From Candidatus Thorarchaeota archaeon (lineage in GTDB: Archaea; Asgardarchaeota; Thorarchaeia; Thorarchaeales; Thorarchaeaceae), in the NCBI GenBank assembly GCA_048882045.1, contig JBHLRZ010000024.1, forward strand, positions 1 through 51,893: 51,893 bases of DNA. Reading direction: 5' to 3'. The translations under genes and the position numbers were made by a program. The notes below the pieces were generated by a model. It was not told the origin of the DNA. It saw nothing but the letters and a program-made list of their open reading frames with translations, and made no database searches. Positions 36,717 through 46,882 of this stretch are shown piece after piece (the stretch's first letter is position 1; each line of letters opens with the position of its first letter).

Positions 36717-38501
36717 TTACAAAGTTTCTTCGAAGAGATCGATAAACTCTGAGAATTGGTCGATTCCCTTCTGCCAGAACTCCTCGGTTGTGATGTCAAA
36801 ACCTATCTCAGCCGCCAGCTCACGTGGACTCTTGCTTGAACCTGCTGCGAGGAATGCTTTGAACTTGGGTACGAATGCCTCGCCCTGCTCTTTGTATAGT
36901 TTATACATCGCATAGACAAAGAGACCCGCAAAAACGTACGGATAGTTGTAGTACCTATAATTCGCCATGTAGAAGTGAAGTTTGAATGTCCACCACCAGC
37001 GCATGATTGGTAACCATTCGACTGCATCACCATACATCTTGGTCCTTGCTTCTACCCAAAGGTCTGAGATTGATTTCCCATCAAGATACTTTCCTTTCTC
37101 GAGAGCTTCATAGAGAGCAGTTTCAAACCAGACACGAGTTGAAACTTGGAATGCCCCTTCTGCAAAGCTGTCTAGTACCGATGCTAGTATTGTCTTTCTC
37201 ATTTCCTTTGAGTCAATCTGACTCAGGAGAGTTTCTGTGAGGAGCAGCTCTCCAAAGTTTGAACCACATTCAGCGATACAACTCCCAATCTCGTAATTCG
37301 TTGGTTTCTGAGCCCGAGTTCCCAGATAGGCATGAAGAGCATGTCCTAACTCATGAGCAGAGGTATAGACATCACCGATTGTTCCGTTGAAGCTCTGAAG
37401 GATATATGCACTCTCTCCAGCATGCCAAGTAGCACAATACGCACCAGACCTCTTACCTTCACGTACCAGGGCATCCATGTGACGCCTCTCATACATTTCA
37501 TTTATCCATCCACCGCTTTGGTTGTCAAACTTCGCGTATGAGTCGACATTCAGCTTTCTTGCTTCATCCCATGTGAATTTCTTCGTAGACTCAGTAGGCA
37601 TTGGTGCATAAATGTCCCAGTTGCCAAGGACATCGAGACCCAATGCTTTGGCCTTCAATTTGAGAAACCTTCGATACTCGCTAACATTCTTCTCAATAGT
37701 ATTCATTAGAGCGGTGATAGTTTCGTCATCCACATCGTTCGTGATGAAGCTCTGAGTCATTGGTGAATCCCATTTCCTCATCTTAACCATTGTGAGATGA
37801 TCAGTAAAGATAGCTCGAAGAGCTGAGGCCCAAACAATGTCATCTTTTGCAAGACCTCCATATACTACTTCATGAGCACGTTTCCTCAAGTCACGGTCTG
37901 GATGCTCATAGAGACTTATTATTTCGCCATATGGAAGCGTTTTCATCTCGCCGTCAATCTCAATTCCGTAGGTACGAGAAGCTAACCAGTCTCCTTGAAG
38001 TATTGACCAAGCGCGTACACCGTTCTCGTCTTTCGCAATGATGGCTTGTTCCACTTCTTCTGAAAGCATATGAGGAATTTCACGTTGAATCTTCTCGAGC
38101 TTATGTTTGTATTCTCCAACTGCTGGATCGTTCACGATTTCGGGATTCTTGCTCAGAAGTGCTCCAAGTTCAAGGTCCACAAATGCAACGCTCTGCAGGT
38201 ATGCAGTTGCAACAGTTCTGAACACACCGAACAGATGTTTATTGACATCATTGTTCATGTCTGCATCGTAAGCAAGCTGAGCATAGACAAAGGGTCCTTC
38301 ATATTCAAGTTCCAATCGATCCAACTCGTCGAGCATCTCATGGAGCTGCTTTGCATCCAAGGAAACTACCTTACCACGGTACCTGTCCCGGAAATCTTCC
38401 ATCTCCTTGACAGCTGCTTTCATTCGTTCCTCGATGTAGCCTGGATCATCAACCTTAACGAGCTGAGAGAGATCCCAGCTCATATTCTCGGACTCAGTCA
38501 T
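36717..38501 (-). CDS. pepF: Oligoendopeptidase F (M3B)
   Basis: WDLS, GKRSGAYC, HELGH, AE, H-F-Y...YYNYPY; ATG 38501 (track start 38582). Confidence 0.93.
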   Translation of the reverse strand: MTESENMSWDLSQLVKVDDPGYIEERMKAAVKEMEDFRDRYRGKVVSLDAKQLHEMLDELDRLELEYEGPFVYAQLAYDADMNNDVNKHLFGVFRTVATAYLQSVAFVDLELGALLSKNPEIVNDPAVGEYKHKLEKIQREIPHMLSEEVEQAIIAKDENGVRAWSILQGDWLASRTYGIEIDGEMKTLPYGEIISLYEHPDRDLRKRAHEVVYGGLAKDDIVWASALRAIFTDHLTMVKMRKWDSPMTQSFITNDVDDETITALMNTIEKNVSEYRRFLKLKAKALGLDVLGNWDIYAPMPTESTKKFTWDEARKLNVDSYAKFDNQSGGWINEMYERRHMDALVREGKRSGAYCATWHAGESAYILQSFNGTIGDVYTSAHELGHALHAYLGTRAQKPTNYEIGSCIAECGSNFGELLLTETLLSQIDSKEMRKTILASVLDSFAEGAFQVSTRVWFETALYEALEKGKYLDGKSISDLWVEARTKMYGDAVEWLPIMRWWWTFKLHFYMANYRYYNYPYVFAGLFVYAMYKLYKEQGEAFVPKFKAFLAAGSSKSPRELAAEIGFDITTEEFWQKGIDQFSEFIDLFEETL

Positions 38502-38578
38502 TGTTTTCGAACCTAAGAATTCGCTATAGTTACATCTTATGAGTGCTATGACAGAGGCATCAATGCCTTCCAAACCAC

Positions 38579-39724
38579 TCATGTAGATGTGTTCTCAAAC
38601 CATGCGATTTCCGCTGGGTGGTGGGTGATACTGAGAATATCCAAATCACCATCTCCGTCTATATCGGCAATTCTGAATGAAGCCGCAGCAAAACCAGTGA
38701 TGTTGTGCTTTCGATATGTGTTTCCTCCCAGATTTTCCCAGATAGCAATCTCCTCACATTCAGAGGCACTCGCAATAATATCAATGTCGCCATCGAAATC
38801 AAAATCCATACTTGAGATATAGTTTGCACCTTCGAAATCTATTGTCAAATAATGCATTTCGAAGTAGATCATTCCTTCATCTTCTGAATATTCAAGCCAA
38901 AAGACAGAACCATCTCCACTTATCGTGCATCCTGCAACATCAATATCAGAATCACCATCTAGGTCTGCTGGTGAAACTCCATGCACCATTTCAGGAACAA
39001 TATATAGCACATGTGAGCTGAAGGTCTGACTTCCATCATTTTCATAGAACATAATCTCTCCAGTGGTCAATCCTTGCGCTACAATATCCAAGTCGCCATC
39101 AAGATCAAAATCCACCACGCAAGCTCGATTCGACATTCCAAGATCGTCGGCAATAATCCTTTCAGTGAAGGTGAGGTTTTGATTGTTCTCAAACCAACAA
39201 ACTTTGTCATCCTCATAGGCGCAAGCTACAATGTCAGGATAGGTGTCTCCATTGATATCTCCAAAGCTGATGCTTAAACCACCGTTAAAGGAATTAGATA
39301 TTGTCTGATTTGAGAAGGATTGTGAACCATCATTGACGAAGATGATTAGCTGATGGGTATCAAATGTATTCCCAACTAAATCAATGTCATTATCTAAATC
39401 GAGGTCAATACCTTCCAAGAAGAAAGCAGATGGAATGTCATCAGCGATAATATGATATTCAAAATCTGCACCACCTAGATTTTCCCACCAACAAAAAATA
39501 CTATCAGCAACACCCAAAATATCAATATCAGAATCTCCATCTAGATCAACATATGATATTGATGAGGCATGCTCGGGTTCTGCTAGTGTGTGCTTTGTAA
39601 ATGTGAGTTCTGTTGGACTTTCAGTACCTCCACTTCCCAAGAAGTAGATAGCTATCACTCCTGTTGAAATAATCACAATAAACACGATACTAAGCAATAT
39701 CTTCTTGTTTGAAAATACAACCAT
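38579..39724 (-). CDS. Membrane-anchored FG-GAP/VCBS repeat (integrin-alpha-like) 7-bladed propeller
   Basis: Seven D-x-D-x-D-G/x-D-x-D-I repeats mostly followed by W/FxEN; N-terminal TM. Confidence 0.88.
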   Translation of the reverse strand: MVVFSNKKILLSIVFIVIISTGVIAIYFLGSGGTESPTELTFTKHTLAEPEHASSISYVDLDGDSDIDILGVADSIFCWWENLGGADFEYHIIADDIPSAFFLEGIDLDLDNDIDLVGNTFDTHQLIIFVNDGSQSFSNQTISNSFNGGLSISFGDINGDTYPDIVACAYEDDKVCWFENNQNLTFTERIIADDLGMSNRACVVDFDLDGDLDIVAQGLTTGEIMFYENDGSQTFSSHVLYIVPEMVHGVSPADLDGDSDIDVAGCTISGDGSVFWLEYSEDEGMIYFEMHYLTIDFEGANYISSMDFDFDGDIDIIASASECEEIAIWENLGGNTYRKHNITGFAAASFRIADIDGDGDLDILSITHHPAEIAWFENTST

Positions 39725-39883
39725 ATCTTCATCCCCTACGTGTCCTTTGGCCTAAATGGTTGCTAGATTAACCTTCCAGTCATAGCAACAATTATGCAAG
39801 AGAACCTAACTAGTTCCTGATTTTCTTCAATGATCAAAATAGCAGCGGTGAATCCATAATGAGGATTTGCTAGAGCGGATGGT

Positions 39884-41737
39884 TCACAAGATTTCTCTTA
39901 GCCATGCGACAACTTCACTGTACGCTTTAATCCGATTCTTAAGTTTTGCAAGACCATGACCTTCATCTGCGAACCGAAGCATCTTCACTGGAAGTCCTTT
40001 CTCCCGCAGCTTGTCATGCATCTGTACAGATTCTGAGAGAGGGACTCTTTCGTCATTGTCTCCCTGAATGATGAAAAGTGGAGCTGAAATCCTGTCAATT
40101 TTGTGAATGGGACTTATCTTGATCAGGGTGTCCATATCATGCTCGAGACTTCCATACTCTGCTTCTCGAAGAGACCTACGCCACGCTGCCGTGTTTTGAA
40201 GGAACGTGACAAAATTAGAGATACCGACGATGTCTACTCCAGCCTTCCATAGTTCAGGATGTTCAGTCATTGCAGATAGTACTGCAAACCCTCCGTATGA
40301 ACTACCATAGACAACAAGACGGTCTCCATTTATCTCATTGTCTTCACTCTTGAGATGAAGAGCCAGATGTTTGATGTCCATTATTGAGTCCAGCCTTTTC
40401 TCAACATTGTCCAGGTCTAAATAGGTGCGACCATATCCTAGGCTCCCACGGATATTGGGCGTAACCACTGCAAATCCTGCTGATAGGAAGAATTGAATCT
40501 CAGGAATGAAGTTAGGTCGAATCTGAGCCTCTGGGCCACCATGAATCAATAGTAATGTTGGCCAACCTCCTTCAGGCATCGCTTCCATGGGAATGTATTG
40601 AAAGTAAGGAACACTCAATCCATCATAACTATCAAACCGATGGAGTGTAGACTCAACAAATGTAGACGGATCCAGACCAGCCATGCTGGTTTCGATTGCT
40701 TTCCAGTATGTCATCTCATTGATGTTCATTATCCAAACATTAGTTGGTTGAACACCTGAGCTGATTGTGATAGCTAACAAGTGTTCGTTTTTGGAAAGTC
40801 GAAGGCCCGATGACCACGAACGGGCATCGCCTTCTACTATGACTCCTCTGAGTGGGAATTGAAGAGTTTCGAGGTCAGTAGCTCCCTCTGCTGTGAACTT
40901 CACACGGTGAAGGGTACTATATCCTTCCTGATTCTCTGCAAAATAGGTCCAAACTGAGTCATCTGCATAGGCGTACGTTTCAATACCAAAATTGAGTATT
41001 TCTGTAATCTCATCCAATGGTATGAATTTTCCAGAGGTCGAAATGATGGCGGGTTGTTTGAAATCCCTTTTGAAATCTGTGAGGACTAGGATGTTTGTAT
41101 GGTCCAACCAGCGCACTATCTCCCAACGCACCTGTTGAGTTCCACTGATCTCCTTCGTGAGATTTGAAATGTTTCTGCTATTCAAGTCTAGAAGTAGGAC
41201 ATGTTGATCCATGTTCCCAAGATAGAGATTCATTAGCACCTGTGACTCATCAGGTGAACTTCTCATCTGATAGACTAGACCAGCATTAGGCATATAGACC
41301 AGTTCTGGCTCATTGTCTTGGAGAGGTATCTTCCATCTATAACAGTCGAGTCGTGCTCTATCAATCAGGTTAGCTACAAAGTAGAGATACTCCTTGGATA
41401 TACCAACGATTCGATGTTTCGCTTCAAGCTCTGAGGTCAACCAGTACAGAGAACCTGCTTCATCAATAAGACCAAATTGGAAGTTCTCATCTCCACCACG
41501 ATCTCGAGTGAATATCAAAGAGCCATCTGAGAGATACCTAGGATCTGTGCATCTGTCTTCTTCATTTGTTAGTTGATTACGCGGCATTGCCCTGTCTCTC
41601 TCAACATCACAGGTGTATATCTGATAGACACCGGTAGCATTTGATGCAAAGGCTATCTGTTTCCCGCTAGGATGCCAAGTAGCACCTCCTGCTGATTCAA
41701 TAGCAAGATAGTCTTCAAATCTAGTAGCAGAAGTCAT
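39884..41737 (-). CDS. S9 family peptidase (acylaminoacyl/dipeptidyl peptidase)
   Basis: N-terminal propeller, HGGPE, PN.RGS.GYG, GSSYGG, G.NDERVP, EGH. Confidence 0.95.
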   Translation of the reverse strand: MTSATRFEDYLAIESAGGATWHPSGKQIAFASNATGVYQIYTCDVERDRAMPRNQLTNEEDRCTDPRYLSDGSLIFTRDRGGDENFQFGLIDEAGSLYWLTSELEAKHRIVGISKEYLYFVANLIDRARLDCYRWKIPLQDNEPELVYMPNAGLVYQMRSSPDESQVLMNLYLGNMDQHVLLLDLNSRNISNLTKEISGTQQVRWEIVRWLDHTNILVLTDFKRDFKQPAIISTSGKFIPLDEITEILNFGIETYAYADDSVWTYFAENQEGYSTLHRVKFTAEGATDLETLQFPLRGVIVEGDARSWSSGLRLSKNEHLLAITISSGVQPTNVWIMNINEMTYWKAIETSMAGLDPSTFVESTLHRFDSYDGLSVPYFQYIPMEAMPEGGWPTLLLIHGGPEAQIRPNFIPEIQFFLSAGFAVVTPNIRGSLGYGRTYLDLDNVEKRLDSIMDIKHLALHLKSEDNEINGDRLVVYGSSYGGFAVLSAMTEHPELWKAGVDIVGISNFVTFLQNTAAWRRSLREAEYGSLEHDMDTLIKISPIHKIDRISAPLFIIQGDNDERVPLSESVQMHDKLREKGLPVKMLRFADEGHGLAKLKNRIKAYSEVVAWLREIL

Positions 41738-41917
41738 GTTCCTAAAGAAATTCCTCCATGTTTTGAGTATTTCTTTATCTCCATCCTACCATGAAGAAAT
41801 ACTCACTCTGGTTCATACTTTTGAAGTGCTGTTTCCATGACTTAACAATTCCAAACTACTGGTTACAATGTGCCGGTTAAGTTAAGTACCAGTTATCTTA
41901 GTGTGCTACAGTTGATT

Positions 41918-43354
41918 ATGATGAAAACCAGAGATGAATATCTAAAGAAATTGTATGAGATGAAACCTAACGTTATCATCAATGGTAAAACTATTGGTCG
42001 AGATGATCCTCGATTGCAATCGGTTGCAAAAACTATGGCTCTGACTTTGGACAAGGTTGATGACCCGGATTTCAAAGACCTTCTCACAGTGAAGTCTGAA
42101 GAGTTTGGCACGATTAATCGATATACCCACATTCATCAAAGTGTTGATGATTTATTAAAGAAGCAAGAACTAACTAGAAACATATGCCGCCTATCTGGAG
42201 GGTGTATTTTCCGTTGCATGGGAATTGATGCCATGAATGCTTTGTCCGTCATCACACATCGAGCCGAAGCGATGACCGGACAACCCTATAATCAGAGATT
42301 CAAGGAATATCTGAAATTCTGGCAAAAGAACGATATTATTGGTTGTTGCGCTCAGACTGATGTCAAAGGTAATAGAGCATTGAGACCTCATCAACAAGCT
42401 GATCCAGACCTGTATTTGCATGTTATCGAGCGTCGAGACGATGGTATAGTGGTCCGTGGTGCGAAGAATCATATTACTGCAGCAGCTGTGGCAGAGGAAA
42501 TCATTGTTGTACCTACAAGATTTCTGACTCCAGAAGAGGATGAGTATGCTGTAGCCTTTGCAATTCCGGGAGATTGGGATGGCGTGAAGCTTGTGACTCG
42601 TGCATCTAGCCATAAACGCGACAATTATGAATGTCCATCTGGTGATATGGGGGATGTGGAAAATTACATCATCTTTGATGATGTCTTTGTACCAAATGAT
42701 CGCGTCTTTCTTAGCGGAGGCAAGGGTGAACATACATTTGGAGGGTGGGCTGCACTCTTATTTGCGTTGTATCACAGACACAGCTACACAGGATGCAAAC
42801 CAGCTAGCTCTGAAATTATCATGGGTTTCAGTGCATTGGTTAGTGAGTACAGTGGAATCGAAGATGCAAAACATGTTCAATCTAAACTTGCTGATTTAAT
42901 CAGTGTGACTGAACTTGTATTTGCAGCTGGTATTGCTGCTGCCTATAAGGCGACCAAGGATGACTCGGGAACAATGATTCCTGATACTGTCTTCTGCAAT
43001 GTTGGTCGAAAACATGCAGGAAAGAGCTACTACCACGAGCTTGAGATTCTTGCAGACCTATCTGGTGGTCTACCTGCAACACTCCCTCATGAAGCAGATT
43101 TCTATGATGAAACAATCGGACCATTTCTTCAGAAATATATCAGCCGAAAAGAGGACGTACCATCTGAAAATATCTACAAACTCTATCGTACCCTATCAGA
43201 TTGGTTGTGTTCCTCGATTGGAGGAGTAGCAGCAGTCGCTGGTATTCATGGTGGAGGAAGTCCTGCGATGGAAGATGTAGCTATCTTGAAACAGTATGAT
43301 CTCGAATCGAGGAAGAAAATTGCGAAATACCTCGCTGGAATTGGCGACGATTAG
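41918..43354 (+). CDS. 4-hydroxybutyryl-CoA dehydratase (AbfD)/HpaB family protein
   Basis: C-x3-C (CIFRC), QTDVKG.R, RGAK.H, H-R-x-S-Y-x-G-C (Fe-S ligand pattern), HGGGSP. Confidence 0.85.
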   Translation: MMKTRDEYLKKLYEMKPNVIINGKTIGRDDPRLQSVAKTMALTLDKVDDPDFKDLLTVKSEEFGTINRYTHIHQSVDDLLKKQELTRNICRLSGGCIFRCMGIDAMNALSVITHRAEAMTGQPYNQRFKEYLKFWQKNDIIGCCAQTDVKGNRALRPHQQADPDLYLHVIERRDDGIVVRGAKNHITAAAVAEEIIVVPTRFLTPEEDEYAVAFAIPGDWDGVKLVTRASSHKRDNYECPSGDMGDVENYIIFDDVFVPNDRVFLSGGKGEHTFGGWAALLFALYHRHSYTGCKPASSEIIMGFSALVSEYSGIEDAKHVQSKLADLISVTELVFAAGIAAAYKATKDDSGTMIPDTVFCNVGRKHAGKSYYHELEILADLSGGLPATLPHEADFYDETIGPFLQKYISRKEDVPSENIYKLYRTLSDWLCSSIGGVAAVAGIHGGGSPAMEDVAILKQYDLESRKKIAKYLAGIGDD

Positions 43355-43549
43355 ATAGATTGCAGCTGAATTCCTACATTGGCTAAGCAACTACCAAAAA
43401 AAAGAATGTCCGAATAGCAAAGGATACGATATGAAAGTTGATTATTCTTATGAGGTTAAAAAGCAAAAATTAACCAATACTTAAATATCGGCTAATATGT
43501 CAATTCTGAACACATCTCACATGTGAGGAGAGATGAAGGAGAGAAATCT

Positions 43550-44932
43550 ATGGAAAGCAGACAGATTGTCGCCGTAGTTCTCATCATTGTCATTATCGCA
43601 GGTGCAGCTGTTGGATTATACCTGTTCTTACCATCTGCCTATGGCGCAGTGGTTATTGGACAGTTAGTAACTCCAGGTGCTCCTGCTGGAACGGCAAGCG
43701 ATCACATCATCGTTATAGGAATATTGGATCCTATGACGGAGATTCAAGGTGAAGGAGCTTGGTATGGATCCTATTTGGCATGCGATGAGATTAACACCGC
43801 TGGTGGTATTACAGTCGGCGGCGAAACATATTACTTCGGACTTATCTCAGAAGATACGTCTGAAGCTGACACAGAACTTGACCTATCAAAAGGGATTGCA
43901 GCTGCAACGAAAATAATCACGGAAGATAACGCCCAATTCCTTCTCGGTGGATTCAGAACTGAAGCGCTTACAGCTTACGTTGAAACCGTGATGGACGAGG
44001 ATATGATGTTCATTGATACAGGAGCTTCTACTGATATCTTCTGTCAGAATGTGATTGATAACTATGCTAGGTACAAGTACTTCTTCCGTGCGATGCCAAT
44101 CAACTCAACATCTTTGGCAAGATCACTATTGAGGTATATCCTTTATCTGGACGGCTACCTGACAGCAGTAACTGGCGCAAACATCTCGAAAGTCGCTATC
44201 ATTCGGGAAGATCTTAGCTGGACTGCTGGCATGGATGCATTCCTAAATGGGTACTTGCCCTTATACAACCTGAGTGTCGTGGCAGATGTGGGTTATCCTA
44301 TCACAGCTGAAGCTACAGACTTTGCAACATATTGGTCACAGATCGATGCTGCCGGAGCGCAGATAACGATTCCAATCATATCTGCTCAGGGTGGAATTGT
44401 GATGATGACGCAATATGCGGATGCTCAACCAGGGACTGTACTCGCTGGAATAGATGTGATGTCACAACTCGACTCCTATTGGACCGAGACTGGTGGCAAA
44501 TGCGCGTACGAAGTGATTCTTCAGTCAACACTGCGTACAAACAAGACAGCGAGGACGATAGCATTCTGGGATGCATTCCGAAGCCATTACAACTCAGATC
44601 CTCTCTACACTGCAGTTGGAAGCTATGATGCTATGTATATGTATGCACAAGCTATTGAGGATGCTCAGTCATTCCTTTCTGATGACGTTGTAGCGGCTAT
44701 GGAAGGATTTACCCGTGCATCTCCATTTATCGGTGCAGGTGGTAGAGTTGCATGGACCTTGGGTCATGACCTGCTGGAATCCCCATCCTATAGCTACACA
44801 TTGTTCACTCAGTGGCAGTCCGATGGTACGAAGCAATGTGTGTCAAGTGGTGGTCTGATCTATCCTGACTCTATTGTAACTGCTCCATTCGAAATGCCGC
44901 AGTGGATAGTAGATAATGGAATCAACCCGTGA
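43550..44932 (+). CDS. Liv-type (PBP1) ABC substrate-binding protein
   Basis: N-terminal TM, A.DEIN..GGI, ED, GGFRTE, Y.FR, YDA. Confidence 0.9.
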   Translation: MESRQIVAVVLIIVIIAGAAVGLYLFLPSAYGAVVIGQLVTPGAPAGTASDHIIVIGILDPMTEIQGEGAWYGSYLACDEINTAGGITVGGETYYFGLISEDTSEADTELDLSKGIAAATKIITEDNAQFLLGGFRTEALTAYVETVMDEDMMFIDTGASTDIFCQNVIDNYARYKYFFRAMPINSTSLARSLLRYILYLDGYLTAVTGANISKVAIIREDLSWTAGMDAFLNGYLPLYNLSVVADVGYPITAEATDFATYWSQIDAAGAQITIPIISAQGGIVMMTQYADAQPGTVLAGIDVMSQLDSYWTETGGKCAYEVILQSTLRTNKTARTIAFWDAFRSHYNSDPLYTAVGSYDAMYMYAQAIEDAQSFLSDDVVAAMEGFTRASPFIGAGGRVAWTLGHDLLESPSYSYTLFTQWQSDGTKQCVSSGGLIYPDSIVTAPFEMPQWIVDNGINP

Positions 44933-44961
44933 ATTGCGAAAACACAGAAATCAGTTGATTA

Positions 44962-45003
44962 AAACTTCCCCCCCTTTTTTTAAGGGGGGATGTTTCTTCT
45001 TTT
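44962..45003 (+). terminator. C7/G6 hairpin plus U tract between the SBP and permease genes
   Basis: AAACTTCCCCCCCTT-TTTTT-AAGGGGGGATGTTT then CTTCTTTT. Confidence 0.6.
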
Positions 45004-45036
45004 GAAACAAGTCTTAGTCTACTGGTAACAAAAAAG

Positions 45037-45897
45037 GTGGACAAATTGATAGAAGAAATACTAATCTTCGGAACGGTGCAGGGAGCACTACTAGCTCTCC
45101 TAGCAATAGGCTTCTCTTTGGTCTATGGTGTAGGTGGAATATTGAACCTGTCTCATGGGGCATTCTATGTCATTTCCATCTACATTGTCTATTGGACTAT
45201 TCCCATCATCGGATTTTGGCCAGCTGCTGCATTAGGTTTAGCTTCAGTAGTTGGAATCGCTGCCATTACATATCTGGGTCTAATTAAGCCGTTGCAAGAA
45301 TCGCATATTGGTGTAGTTTTGGTGACATTTGCTTTAGCATTCTTCTTCGAACAGTTCGTGAAGTTTGTAGGAGATCCGAAAACGCACTATATCGTACCAT
45401 TTGTCCCGGGCTCTGTAAGATTTCTTGGAAACAATATCCCTGCACAGTTAATTGCCCTGGTAGCTGCGTCTCTGATTCTTGTCACAGTCGTTACTGTGTT
45501 CATCAATAAATCAAAGATGGGAAAGTCAATTCGAGCAGTTTCACAAGACTTCGAGGCAGCACAACTAGTTGGAATAAATACGGATCTAGTTTTAATGACA
45601 ACTCTGATAATATCCTCATTACTTGTCGGCGCTGCTGCTCTCTTTTACGCTCCAGGGAATGCCATCTGGCCAAGCATGGGATGGAGATATCTACTTCTTG
45701 CATTCTCAGTGACAATCTTTGGGGGGATGGGTAGTACCACAGGAAGCGTCCTTGGTGCATTCATCATGGGATATACAACAACATTCACAGACTTTTTCAT
45801 CAGTACTTCTTTCTCTGTGATAATCCCCATTATTGTGATACTTGTGATGCTTTTAGTCAGACCTCAAGGACTGCTAGGGAAGAAGGAGCTGTATTAG
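45037..45897 (+). CDS. livH: Liv-type ABC permease (LivH-like)
   Basis: G.SLVYG....LNL.HG, G..IRA.SQ....A.L.GIN, GG.GS, RPQGL.G. Confidence 0.9.
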   Translation: MDKLIEEILIFGTVQGALLALLAIGFSLVYGVGGILNLSHGAFYVISIYIVYWTIPIIGFWPAAALGLASVVGIAAITYLGLIKPLQESHIGVVLVTFALAFFFEQFVKFVGDPKTHYIVPFVPGSVRFLGNNIPAQLIALVAASLILVTVVTVFINKSKMGKSIRAVSQDFEAAQLVGINTDLVLMTTLIISSLLVGAAALFYAPGNAIWPSMGWRYLLLAFSVTIFGGMGSTTGSVLGAFIMGYTTTFTDFFISTSFSVIIPIIVILVMLLVRPQGLLGKKELY

Positions 45898-45900
45898 CTA

Positions 45901-46881
45901 ATGATTGACATTCGATTCTATCTACTTGTCTACATGGATCGTTTCAAAGCATGGGCACGAACATTTCGAGGAGGACTGACTCTTGTCTGTCTCGTGGGAT
46001 TGATGTTTTTTCCCCTGACCGGGAGTGAGTATTGGACACAGGTTCTTGTCACAGCAATGATTCTCACAATCTTTGCTGCAAGCTGGGACCTCATAGCAGG
46101 ATTCGCAGGACAGGTCAGTTTTGGACATGCAGCCTTTTTTGGTATATCAGGATACTTTGCAGCAGCATCAGTCAAATTTGGTGGTTTTCACTGGTTAATT
46201 GCATTATTTGTCGGTGCTGGATGGGCAGTTGTGTTTAGTCTATTGATTGGGATTCCATGTTTAAGATTGAAAGGACCATATTTGGCACTAGGTACGCTAG
46301 CTTTTGCCTTGATTCTTCTGAATCTATTTGCGACCGGTACGTGGCTCGGAGGAAACGAAGGCATCTCGGGACTACCAACGAGTGTAGATGTCTTTGTTTC
46401 GTTCTATATCGTAGCAGTATTCATGATAGGCTCATTAGTGATTATGCGTGCTACTGTTGATTCAAGACTTGGTACAATCTTGAAGTCAATTCGAGATGAT
46501 GAGACATGTGCAGATGCATCAGGAATTGACACTACAATCTACAAACTCATCGCTTTCATGATCAGTGGATTCTTCGCTGGGATTTCAGGAGCTCTCTTGG
46601 CCCTGGACTCGACGGCAGTGAATCCTGCATTTTTTGGGACCCTGTATTCTTTCTATGCAATAATAATGGCTGCAATTGGTGGAATGGCGACAATATACGG
46701 TGCAATCATTGGAGCATTTCTGTTTGTAATACTCAGTGAGCTTCTTAGACCGTTGGCTGCGGCTGCACTATTGATCTTTGCGACACTCCTAATTCTAATT
46801 GTACGATTCGCTGAGGAAGGAGTCATGAATCCAGTCCTCGATAGAGTGCATGATCTATGGGATATCATAAGGAGGAGGTAA
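45901..46881 (+). CDS. livM: Liv-type ABC permease (LivM-like)
   Basis: G..GQVSFGHAAF, LRLKG.Y.AL.TL, IRDDE..A...GI. Confidence 0.9.
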   Translation: MIDIRFYLLVYMDRFKAWARTFRGGLTLVCLVGLMFFPLTGSEYWTQVLVTAMILTIFAASWDLIAGFAGQVSFGHAAFFGISGYFAAASVKFGGFHWLIALFVGAGWAVVFSLLIGIPCLRLKGPYLALGTLAFALILLNLFATGTWLGGNEGISGLPTSVDVFVSFYIVAVFMIGSLVIMRATVDSRLGTILKSIRDDETCADASGIDTTIYKLIAFMISGFFAGISGALLALDSTAVNPAFFGTLYSFYAIIMAAIGGMATIYGAIIGAFLFVILSELLRPLAAAALLIFATLLILIVRFAEEGVMNPVLDRVHDLWDIIRRR

Positions 46882-46882
46882 G

